Source of the DNA: a virus
Lineage: Duplodnaviria; Caudoviricetes
Strand: one strand, 5' to 3'
Length of the DNA: 64,000 bases
Virus record (IMG/VR): IMGVR_UViG_3300037067_015211
Coordinates: 32,001 to 96,000 of that record
Under the pieces are notes generated by a model. That model ran no database searches. It was not told the origin of the DNA and saw only the letters and a list, made by a program, of their open reading frames with translations. Shown here piece after piece: positions 52,940 through 61,046 of the stretch (position 1 is the stretch's first letter; each line of letters begins with the position of its first letter). The translations under genes were made by a program, and so were the position numbers.

Positions 52940-53360
52940 TTTTTTTGATCCTATCAATTGCCTTGACCAAATCCAATATCGAAAACCATCGTATATCGTT
53001 CTTCTTCTCGTCGAACCACCACGTACTCAAATTACTTTGCTTCATATCCACCCACGCCAAATAGTGCAAACTAACCTCACACAAAAGAGCGTCCCAGTTG
53101 TCATTTTTTCCGGGCAACATGAATACATCTTCTTTTGTTCTAGGTGGCTCCATGTTCCCGCTTAAAAGAAAATGATTAAGCGCAATCCACACACTCCCCT
53201 GTATCGTCACAGGATCGCCCAAATCACTAGATATCCCATCATAGAATATTTGCATATCGTAATACAAATCGACACATTTTTCAACATACTCCATAAACTT
53301 ATTAAAGTCTTTGTAGCAAATAAGTTCCGTGATCTTCATGGGGATACTATCCGTGGACAT
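52923..53360 (-). CDS. Hypothetical protein
   Basis: AAGGA RBS; overlaps the next gene. Confidence 0.6.
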   Translation of the reverse strand: MSTDSIPMKITELICYKDFNKFMEYVEKCVDLYYDMQIFYDGISSDLGDPVTIQGSVWIALNHFLLSGNMEPPRTKEDVFMLPGKNDNWDALLCEVSLHYLAWVDMKQSNLSTWWFDEKKNDIRWFSILDLVKAIDRIKKNETKQ

Positions 53361-53415
53361 AGCACATCCTTAAAAATGGTGTCTTAAGGATAATAGTATA
53401 ATGGAAGGAGATTAT

Positions 53416-53673
53416 TTAATCTAGTGAGTTTTGAGTGAGAATATTTTCATCAAACTTGAAGGAATCCCAAACATCTTTGTCCAATATCTCAATCCCACAT
53501 ATCTGATTGCCCTCGCCCATATCGGCGTAAATTTCGTCCGCGACCACTTCTGCCGTTCTGGTAACATCCTTTTTGAGCAACCTGATATACCCAGCCATAA
53601 ACTCCCCATCGTCATCACGCTGTACGCTTATGATAAGACTGGCATTTTCTCGACAAATTATTTTGCTTTGCAT
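53416..53673 (-). CDS. DUF2283-like protein
   Basis: YIRL......T.EV...IYAD....QICGIEILD. Confidence 0.7.
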   Translation of the reverse strand: MQSKIICRENASLIISVQRDDDGEFMAGYIRLLKKDVTRTAEVVADEIYADMGEGNQICGIEILDKDVWDSFKFDENILTQNSLD

Positions 53674-53686
53674 AAGAGTATAATAG

Positions 53687-54370
53687 CTAAATTTTCATTA
53701 AATATTTATTTGCAAAATATTCATTGGCCTTGCTGGACCCATGATAGGCATTGCTCTCGTCTATTACCAGCATGGGATCGTTGGTGTTGTAGCCTAAACC
53801 ACCTACCATAGTGTCCAAGTTAGCCGCTGACCTGTTCCGCTTCCACTCGGCCAAGACGATATCCCTGTATTCGTCGTCCAAAAAGAATTGGGCATGCTTA
53901 AACTCGTGCTTAAATAGTCCGTCTATTTTGCCACCATTCTCAATGGCTTTTTTAATGGAATCGCCCATAGTTACTATGAGATAATATTTGGGAAGATCAT
54001 AATTGGCTTGAAACCAAAGTAGGACATCCCGCAGAAGCATTTCTACTGTGTTCAAAAAGCGTCCGCTCTTCCCGTCATCAAACAATTTGTAAAATTTATC
54101 AATCGTATCTGAAGATACATTCCACCCACACCAATCAGTCGCGTAGGTGAATTCCTCATTGCCAGATTGTTTTGTATACCAATCTTTGTATTCGTCTAGT
54201 GTAAAATATTTGCCTGCAAATTCAGGGGATTCTTGAAACTCAGAGAGTCTAGTAATTAGTGGGCCAATTATGACGGGATCATCGACGGCAATATAAATTA
54301 CGTTCCTATCGACTAGGTAAATCTCGCCCATTTCTCGAAAAGACGTAATGTATTCCCATTCAAACTTCAT
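53687..54370 (-). CDS. Putative zinc metalloprotein (HExxH)
   Basis: R..EFQESP.F.GKYFT..EY..WY...Y..DW.G.N, HEFKHA, DE..AY. Start placed at ATG 54370 because the longer ORF overlaps tRNA-Leu. Confidence 0.7.
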   Translation of the reverse strand: MKFEWEYITSFREMGEIYLVDRNVIYIAVDDPVIIGPLITRLSEFQESPEFAGKYFTLDEYKDWYTKQSGNEEFTYATDWCGWNVSSDTIDKFYKLFDDGKSGRFLNTVEMLLRDVLLWFQANYDLPKYYLIVTMGDSIKKAIENGGKIDGLFKHEFKHAQFFLDDEYRDIVLAEWKRNRSAANLDTMVGGLGYNTNDPMLVIDESNAYHGSSKANEYFANKYLMKI

Positions 54371-54420
54371 ATTCGCTCTCCCAACCGTCAAATATTGTTT
54401 GACAGTTGCGTTAAATTCAG

Positions 54421-54505
54421 TGTCCGAGGTGGGATTTGAACCCACAATGGGCTGACGCCCGACGGGGCTTAAACCCGTTGCCTTTGCCAGTTTGGCCACT
54501 CGGAC
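54421..54505 (-). tRNA. tRNA-Leu(UAA)
   Basis: Reverse complement GTCCGAG...ACGGG-TT TAA GC-CCCGT, variable arm GGGC-GTCA-GCCC, GTGGG-TTCAAAT-CCCAC. Confidence 0.92.
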
Positions 54506-54507
54506 GG

Positions 54508-54582
54508 CACCGCCGGTAGGGTATGATCCTACAAACTTTCGGGTTAGAAACCCGATACTCTATCCATTTGAGTTACGGCGGT
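54508..54582 (-). tRNA. tRNA-Arg(UCU)
   Basis: Reverse complement ACCGCCG...TCGGG-TT TCT AA-CCCGA...GTAGG-ATCATAC-CCTAC-CGGCGGT-G; atypical T-loop. Confidence 0.82.
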
Positions 54583-54604
54583 ATTTTTTCAATGAACCAA
54601 ATAG

Positions 54605-54632
54605 ATTATATGTACAATTTGCCCGTTGTCAA
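54605..54632 (-). promoter_or_regulatory. tRNA promoter TTGACA-N16-TATAAT
   Basis: Consensus hexamers within the 3' end of the zinc-finger gene, ~20 nt upstream of tRNA-Arg. Confidence 0.8.
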
Positions 54633-55496
54633 GCGTCTTTTTGTGTATTTTTTCTTGCACTTAACACATAAATCCCCGTCTGGGCCACGATATCTTCGAT
54701 GTAGCCACTCCCCACACTTTACGCACTGATATCGGAATATACCCTTAGCTTCCATCTTAGGCCCAGCAAACTTCGTGCTCCCATTAAAAAGGAGTGCATC
54801 ATCTGGAATTAGCCCATGATTTGCAAACAAATGTTTTGTCAAATCGGAAAGTTGCTTATATTTTTTTTCACACAATGGACAATGATAATTTTTTATCCTC
54901 TCTCTTGGAACACCCTCATGCATTGTGTGAAGATGTCTCTTATACAATCTCTTTTGAATCTTCGCCCCGCACACTTCACATGTTACGTACACCCCCTTTT
55001 TCTCATGTACATATTTCACATGTTCATCTCGTGTCCATTTTTTATTAAACACCCTTCCACATATTTTACATGTATAAAAAACTTTATGCAATTTTTCATG
55101 ATTGTTTTTTGCGCCCCTTGATCCTAATTCTTTCCCACATATAGAGCATTTATATTTTCTATCTAAAAAATGCTCCTTGCGCATATGCGTTTCAAGTCTT
55201 CCTCTTGATGCAAATATTTGTTGACACAAATAACATTTGTAATTTTTTTGATGCCGTTTAATATGTTCTTTTATTTTGACAATAAATTTACCACATATAG
55301 GGCACTTCTTCTTTTTCTTCGGTCCATGAACATATTTTTTATGACTCCAAAGACCATCATAATCGGCAAATCTTTTTCTGCATATATTACATTCATATTT
55401 CAGTTTATCATAATGTTTTTCCATATAATGATTTGACAAATGAGCCGGGCAATAAAATTTTTCTCCACAAAATTTACAAACATATTCATACTTCAT
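54606..55496 (-). CDS. Tandem C2H2 zinc-finger array protein (8 fingers plus a C4 unit)
   Basis: Eight CxxC...H-x3/4-H units, most with Y-x-C and F/L core residues. Confidence 0.92.
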   Translation of the reverse strand: MKYEYVCKFCGEKFYCPAHLSNHYMEKHYDKLKYECNICRKRFADYDGLWSHKKYVHGPKKKKKCPICGKFIVKIKEHIKRHQKNYKCYLCQQIFASRGRLETHMRKEHFLDRKYKCSICGKELGSRGAKNNHEKLHKVFYTCKICGRVFNKKWTRDEHVKYVHEKKGVYVTCEVCGAKIQKRLYKRHLHTMHEGVPRERIKNYHCPLCEKKYKQLSDLTKHLFANHGLIPDDALLFNGSTKFAGPKMEAKGIFRYQCVKCGEWLHRRYRGPDGDLCVKCKKKYTKRRLTTGKLYI

Positions 55497-56370
55497 TGAT
55501 TCGGACTTCCTTGATATCTACGATCTTTCCATCTCTTCGGACAATCATTTCCAGCCAGCCACACGGAGACGGTTTCATGCCCTTGGAAATAGCATAGTTC
55601 CAACGATTATAGAGAGTAGCATCTAACATATCGCCTGTGATGCAAAGCCATGCGGTATGATCGTCCATTACTTCCGTGTCGTAATTCGGAATGAAGTCGT
55701 CCTTTTTAACAGCCTTTAGGTCGTGCATATGCCCAGAAAAAGCGGCCTGAATTTTGTGGAACTTGCCATTGTCCACAATGAAGCCGCCCCTATCTTGTAA
55801 GAATTCTCTTACTACTTTGATTTTACTATCTGCTCTAACCGCATTGGAACTACCATGTTTGCCGATAAAATATACGTCTTTGTATTTTTTGTTGTTCAAG
55901 GATAGCGTAAGCTTCACATCGGCCTCGACGCCCATGTATTTGCCACGCCAGCCATTGCATGTATTCATATCATCCAAAAACTCATGGACTACCCTATGGC
56001 CCTTGGCATGCATCTTGGCCTCATGGTTGCCGATAAAAAATCCAAGCACATGCTTTGCAATCGGCTTAAATAATTTTTTAAGCAACCTTTTTTGGTCAGT
56101 AACATCCATTTGGGCTTCAGTTGTTGCATCTTCTGCAATATCTACTGTGCAGAGATTAAATCTCTTATCATCGGGCAAAATGCACTCCATCATATCCCCG
56201 TAGGAGTAAATTCCTTTTACGCCCTTTACTGATTTTACTCTATCAGTAAATGCTTCCATCCCGTCAATTCTAGCACAACAATTGCCAATGTGCCAGTCCC
56301 CAGTATGAAAAATCGTTGCATACTCGGCTGTTCCCATGTAGATCGTGTTTTCAATAAGTTTTCTTGACAT
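55486..56370 (-). CDS. Calcineurin-like metallophosphoesterase
   Basis: GDWHIG, GDMME, GNHE, HG, GHMH. Confidence 0.88.
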   Translation of the reverse strand: MSRKLIENTIYMGTAEYATIFHTGDWHIGNCCARIDGMEAFTDRVKSVKGVKGIYSYGDMMECILPDDKRFNLCTVDIAEDATTEAQMDVTDQKRLLKKLFKPIAKHVLGFFIGNHEAKMHAKGHRVVHEFLDDMNTCNGWRGKYMGVEADVKLTLSLNNKKYKDVYFIGKHGSSNAVRADSKIKVVREFLQDRGGFIVDNGKFHKIQAAFSGHMHDLKAVKKDDFIPNYDTEVMDDHTAWLCITGDMLDATLYNRWNYAISKGMKPSPCGWLEMIVRRDGKIVDIKEVRINEV

Positions 56371-56379
56371 TTTTTTCTC

Positions 56380-58356
56380 CTAAATGATTCCCATACCGCC
56401 GCCGCTTCTTGGTCTGATATTTCCTCTACCAGCCCTTTGCGGCTTAGATGATTCTCCACGATTCGCCAACTCGTTAAATCCCCCCACCCCTATAATACCC
56501 TTGGCAACTCTCGGCCTTGGCGGTGCCTCTGGAGCGTCTCCTGCTAAAATTTCTTCCACCACCCTAGCCACACATTCAATTTCGTCGTCAGTGGCCCCAA
56601 TCGATTTTTCAATTACAGTTCCCTTGTCTTCCAATCTTTCCGCTTCCCAAAGCAATTGATTGTCGTAAAAAATATCTAACCTTTGCCCATACCATAATTC
56701 CTTCAAACAGTTGAATGAGACAACGGTGGGCCGCTTCTTTTCACAAAGCATCCCCAACGAATTAAAATCCTGAATTGTTTCTGTCGATTGATATTGGTCT
56801 AAAGTTATCTTGTTAAAACGAAACTGAAAGCCCCGCTTTTGCAATAGGTTGATGAAAAACTTCTTGACATCCTTTATCCTAATTTCTTTGACTCCATTTG
56901 ACACAAATGATGCCGACAAATCAATAATTGCCGTTTTAAAACCAACTCCATCTATCGTTACATCCGGCCCCCTATGGCCTACACACAGCCCAACATGGTC
57001 GTTTATGGTAGCTAGGTCGATGTGAGCATAGTACCTAACGCTAGGATCATCATCGGCAAAAAAACTACCGTCTAACATCTGCCATGCGTCATTCGGATAA
57101 AACGGCAATAATTTGCCTTCAGGAGAAATAGGATTAGGCAATGGATCCACCCTAGCCCTGTTAATGTTTTCTTTAATCCTGTCCAGTTCCTTGAAAAATC
57201 TGCTAATAGCCATAGCGGGAATTGAAGCATTATTTCTCAAAAACCGCTCTGGATTATCTCGATATTCCGCTTCCAATGATTTGGGGACATCTAGTTCATA
57301 TACAATCTTTTCCCCCTTACGGTCTTCCCTCATTATGGAAATGTGAAATGTATGCCCGGCGTCAATATCAGGCTGATATTTGGGGTTTACTTCCCACGAT
57401 GGGTGTCGGCGTATCATGACCTTGCCATGAGGAACGCTAATAGGCGTATCTTTAATCCGATCCTTGGCAAACTCTTTGTATTCATTCTTATATCTACACT
57501 CTGCTTCAAACATGAATTCTTCAAAATACCTTGCTTCTGTCCCAGCCGTAGAAGTGCAGATTACCAGCCCTTTACACGCCGCATATTCGAAACGAGATTT
57601 TCTACGGTTGTTTACCATATAAAAAATATCTTGAAACAAATCTTCTGTTTTTGTGATAAAACAATCGTCAGCCGCGCATTCATCTACCCCGCAGAATAAA
57701 AGGTTAAAACCAGTAGGGGCAGATTTAAGAGAAGATTCGGCTGGCATAATTTCAAGTTCAGGGTAGCCCTTGAATTTAATTCTGCTCGTAACTTGTGGGT
57801 CAATTACAAATCCATTGCGTTCAAACCATTTGCATTTATTCACATTAGTATACAAGCCGGAGAATACAATGTCCTTGGCCTTATTGGCAGTCGGCCCTAC
57901 GTTCATAAAGGCAAATTTGCTTCCCTGCATCTGACCATAAAAGGTACACATTGATTTGAGATGTAGATTCCATAGCAAGAAATAGTATTCAGCTAGATAG
58001 GCAAATGTTGATTTACCGGCACCGAAGCCAGCATTGAAGAAAAATATTTCAGATATAGGCGCGTAATCTTCGCCTGAAAAAAGTATCTTTAAGTTTTCTA
58101 TGATCTTGGGGAATATTTCTTTTTCGTTACAGTTAAGGTAATTTTTCCCAAATATGGCCTCTTCAGGGGATGGTGGTCTTTCTTTCCATGTGGCGTTCTT
58201 AGAATTTTTAATGACAATATTGTTTGATAGATCGGCCACTTCGGATTTTTTGCTACTAATAAGCGCATCCAAATTAATTTTGCCCTTGATACCCAAAGCC
58301 TTTGTAATATCGGGCTTGTTGATGTTTGGGAGCGATTTCGGAGCGCGACGACCCAT
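56380..58356 (-). CDS. terL: Terminase large subunit
   Basis: Walker A AGFGAGKS, Walker B GVDE, TST; RNase H-like C-terminus AHIDLA...TLDQYQS...DD. Confidence 0.85.
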   Translation of the reverse strand: MGRRAPKSLPNINKPDITKALGIKGKINLDALISSKKSEVADLSNNIVIKNSKNATWKERPPSPEEAIFGKNYLNCNEKEIFPKIIENLKILFSGEDYAPISEIFFFNAGFGAGKSTFAYLAEYYFLLWNLHLKSMCTFYGQMQGSKFAFMNVGPTANKAKDIVFSGLYTNVNKCKWFERNGFVIDPQVTSRIKFKGYPELEIMPAESSLKSAPTGFNLLFCGVDECAADDCFITKTEDLFQDIFYMVNNRRKSRFEYAACKGLVICTSTAGTEARYFEEFMFEAECRYKNEYKEFAKDRIKDTPISVPHGKVMIRRHPSWEVNPKYQPDIDAGHTFHISIMREDRKGEKIVYELDVPKSLEAEYRDNPERFLRNNASIPAMAISRFFKELDRIKENINRARVDPLPNPISPEGKLLPFYPNDAWQMLDGSFFADDDPSVRYYAHIDLATINDHVGLCVGHRGPDVTIDGVGFKTAIIDLSASFVSNGVKEIRIKDVKKFFINLLQKRGFQFRFNKITLDQYQSTETIQDFNSLGMLCEKKRPTVVSFNCLKELWYGQRLDIFYDNQLLWEAERLEDKGTVIEKSIGATDDEIECVARVVEEILAGDAPEAPPRPRVAKGIIGVGGFNELANRGESSKPQRAGRGNIRPRSGGGMGII

Positions 58357-58553
58357 TATTTAATGCTCCGCTTTAAATCGTCTATTGAGGTTTCTAGGCT
58401 ATCGATTTTCATCTTAAGATCATTAATTTGTTGCGCCACGGCAACCAAACCGCTCATGCTAGACAGAATAGTTTCGAAGTTTGCATTTAACTTTTTTATT
58501 TCATCTCTTACGGCATTAAATGCATTTATCACTTGTTTGTTGTCAACTGTCAT
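58356..58553 (-). CDS. Small coiled-coil protein
   Basis: Heptad pattern; stop overlaps the terL start. Confidence 0.6.
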   Translation of the reverse strand: MTVDNKQVINAFNAVRDEIKKLNANFETILSSMSGLVAVAQQINDLKMKIDSLETSIDDLKRSIK

Positions 58554-58595
58554 ACATACACCTTAAAACATCATAGGGGATTTTTGCGTCTTTAT

Positions 58596-59132
58596 CTAAA
58601 CCGAGTCAATTCGGCATACCTTGATCTTCGCCGCCTTCAGCATCTTCTTGGCAAACTCAAAGTTGTACAAACTTTCTCTTTCAGACTTTAGAGTTTCTTT
58701 ATCGCCTGAGCAATAAATTGTTTTGATGCCAGCATTGATAATTGCCTTGCAACATTCAATACAAGGAACGCCACATGTTAAATAAAGTGTTGCTCCATTC
58801 GTTTTTCTCCCATATCTAGCCGCGTAGACAATTGCATTCTGCTCTGCATGATGGGCCAAACAATATTGCATTGCCTCACCAGATCGTTTAATGCCCAATC
58901 GTTTTCTAATACAGCCGTTTTCAACCGTATCGTTTTTGTTGGTATTAAAATCTAGCCATCCGTCTATAACACCATGATTTGAACAGTCTCCAATTTCAGA
59001 AGGAGGGCCATTATGTCCTATGCCGATAATCTCCCCATCATTTACCAGCACGGCACCAATTTTCCTAGAATAACAATTGCTTTCTTGAGCAAAATATTTT
59101 GCCCACATAATATACCATCTTGCAGTATTCAT
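58596..59132 (-). CDS. dCMP deaminase
   Basis: S.C.SRKIGAVLV, G.NG.P, HAEQNAI, PC.EC.KAIINAGI. Confidence 0.92.
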   Translation of the reverse strand: MNTARWYIMWAKYFAQESNCYSRKIGAVLVNDGEIIGIGHNGPPSEIGDCSNHGVIDGWLDFNTNKNDTVENGCIRKRLGIKRSGEAMQYCLAHHAEQNAIVYAARYGRKTNGATLYLTCGVPCIECCKAIINAGIKTIYCSGDKETLKSERESLYNFEFAKKMLKAAKIKVCRIDSV

Positions 59133-60386
59133 AAATTTTTGAGGCAAGGAAACCGCCACCCTTGTGGTGGCGGAGGAATTGCCTCCCTCCTATCTAAAAC
59201 TACTATATGTCAAAAACCGAGTACATTCAACTCTGGCGTTTTGTGTCAACCGTTTTCCTGTCTTCAAATCGTGCAAACTCAACCTGTTTTTTAAACTACC
59301 TCCAACATAACATAAACCAAATTTCTCATTCTTAACCAGACTACCTTTCTTGAAACCCAAACTCATTGTGCCACCATATCGTTTTCTTTCGCTGCCAGTG
59401 TCGGGTTGAAAACGATGCAATTGTCTTCTGTGAAATCGTATCGGAACCATCCTTTTGATTTTTGTATTGTCGGGTTTTGTATGACCTCCGATTAACCAAT
59501 TTGCCAACACCCAAGAATCAACATTATGAGCGTCAAAAGATTCCAACATCTTATTTTTTGTTTTCTTCAACCCAAGATTATTTCTCATTTCAAACGTTTC
59601 GTATCCTTGTCTTGTTTCGAGATTGCCGAGTTTCTTCAATTCCGAGTAAAACCATTCTTTCCCAACCTCCAATGGGCTGAATGATTTGTTCCACTTCTTT
59701 TGACCCGTTTTTGTCTTCGCCTTGATGTTCTCAACAACATAATCGGTGATGGGAAAAACTCTTTTAAGACGATTCACGATTCTTAATTTCAATTGCCATC
59801 TCGCTTTTGTCGATGGTGCAAGATAACATCTTGCTCTATTTTTTCTGTTTTGACGACATGGTGTCTTCCGTTGTCGTCTACTTCTTCGAGCGTTTCGTTT
59901 GCTTTCAATAGCATCCTTAACCCAAGTCACAGCATCAGAAAGCACGTTCAGATAAGTATGACTTTCTGACTTGACTGTAAATGCTTCTCGTTTACTACCG
60001 GGGTCAATGCCAACCACGATATCCTGTTTCTTAGTGTCGCTTGGTTCTTGGTTCAATCGAACACAAAATATTCCGTTACTCCAAAACGGCGTTGCTTTGT
60101 TTTTCTTAATCCATTGTGCCACTCGCCAATTTGTGGTTGGCATAAGTTGTTGATTTTTAAAATCGACAACCGGAACAAACATCTATACATTCCTTAAAAA
60201 TGGCGTTTATTTTCTATAAGACGGAAAACGCCGTCAAAACCTTGTTGTATACATCCCTTCGACACTGACTCACAGAGGGAAAGAGAACTAGGGAAGCATC
60301 CTCAATGTCTTTTGGACTACCACGTCCAGTGAGTTCAGTTACAAACTGTCTAGTCAATCAGTCGCCCTTAAAAATCGGTGGTTGGT
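59133..60386 (-). mobile_element. IsrB-encoding IS200/IS605-superfamily element
   Basis: Upstream omegaRNA-like region, isrB, and terminal hairpin CCGCCACC-ACAA-GGGTGGCGG. Confidence 0.8.
59190..60182 (-). CDS. isrB: IsrB (PLMP domain, split RuvC, bridge helix; no HNH), RNA-guided nickase
   Basis: QLMPT, GIDPGSK, RRSRRQRK, VVENI, H.VDS, RRQLH; 330 aa with no HNH insertion. Confidence 0.88.
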   Translation of the reverse strand: MFVPVVDFKNQQLMPTTNWRVAQWIKKNKATPFWSNGIFCVRLNQEPSDTKKQDIVVGIDPGSKREAFTVKSESHTYLNVLSDAVTWVKDAIESKRNARRSRRQRKTPCRQNRKNRARCYLAPSTKARWQLKLRIVNRLKRVFPITDYVVENIKAKTKTGQKKWNKSFSPLEVGKEWFYSELKKLGNLETRQGYETFEMRNNLGLKKTKNKMLESFDAHNVDSWVLANWLIGGHTKPDNTKIKRMVPIRFHRRQLHRFQPDTGSERKRYGGTMSLGFKKGSLVKNEKFGLCYVGGSLKNRLSLHDLKTGKRLTQNARVECTRFLTYSSFR

Positions 60387-60405
60387 TAAACTCCTTTCTT
60401 CAAGC
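60183..60405 (-). ncRNA. Predicted IsrB omegaRNA (5' guide plus scaffold)
   Basis: Reverse complement ACCAACCACC...GATTGACTAGAC...GATGCTTCCCTAGTTCTC...GTCGAAGGGATG resembles IscB/IsrB scaffolds. Confidence 0.7.
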
Positions 60406-60932
60406 CTCTGGCCTTGTACCAGAGGTGATTGACAGATTTCCACTTCTGGAATATCTTCTTCTTTCTTTTCCTCCTCTTGTTTTTCCGCCTCGTTCCGTTT
60501 CATTTCCAAAAATCCCTGTAGACAGATATTTCTCTGGTATACGGTTTTCCCATACTTCTCGCTCTTTGGGTTACCGCACTGACCCGATTGACTGCCAGCG
60601 GCGTCTTGGAAAAAATGCTTAGTACAGGTTTCGCAACAGAATTTTTTGATGTTTTCCATTTTGTGATGATAGTTGTAATAAATGGGGCTTAGCTTTACCT
60701 CACACCTAACCAGAGGTGTTTCGTACTTCTTTCGCTTCTCTTCGTCCAAATCATATGTATTGCCCCGCAGTTCATAGGTAGCGTATTCGTAGGCGTCTAC
60801 ACGATAAATATTCATTATCTTTCTATCTACTCGCCGTTTGATTTTGAGCCTAGACCCTATCTTGGGCAACTCATGTACCATTACCTCGAAACTAAAATCC
60901 GTTTCACGACACATTAGAATAACTCGTTCCAT
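60354..60932 (-). CDS. Hypothetical protein; C-terminus runs into the IsrB element
   Basis: AAGGA RBS; Cys cluster. Confidence 0.6.
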   Translation of the reverse strand: MERVILMCRETDFSFEVMVHELPKIGSRLKIKRRVDRKIMNIYRVDAYEYATYELRGNTYDLDEEKRKKYETPLVRCEVKLSPIYYNYHHKMENIKKFCCETCTKHFFQDAAGSQSGQCGNPKSEKYGKTVYQRNICLQGFLEMKRNEAEKQEEEKKEEDIPEVEICQSPLVQGQRLEERSLTNHRFLRATD

Positions 60933-61046
60933 AGCATCCTTTCTCTATAACTATAAAAAACTACATTAACTTAAATGATAAACGAAATTATTGCAGTTGG
61001 CAAGTAAAAAATGCAAAAAATTTGTAGGTGTGAATTACAGAGATAA

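Noticed and set aside
54371-54729. N-terminal extension of ORF 53687-54499 and ORF 54523-54729
   Set aside because: They overlap tRNA-Leu/tRNA-Arg; the better start is ATG 54370 with a GGAG RBS.
59190-60182. IscB or Cas9
   Set aside because: No HNH domain and only 330 aa, which fits IsrB.
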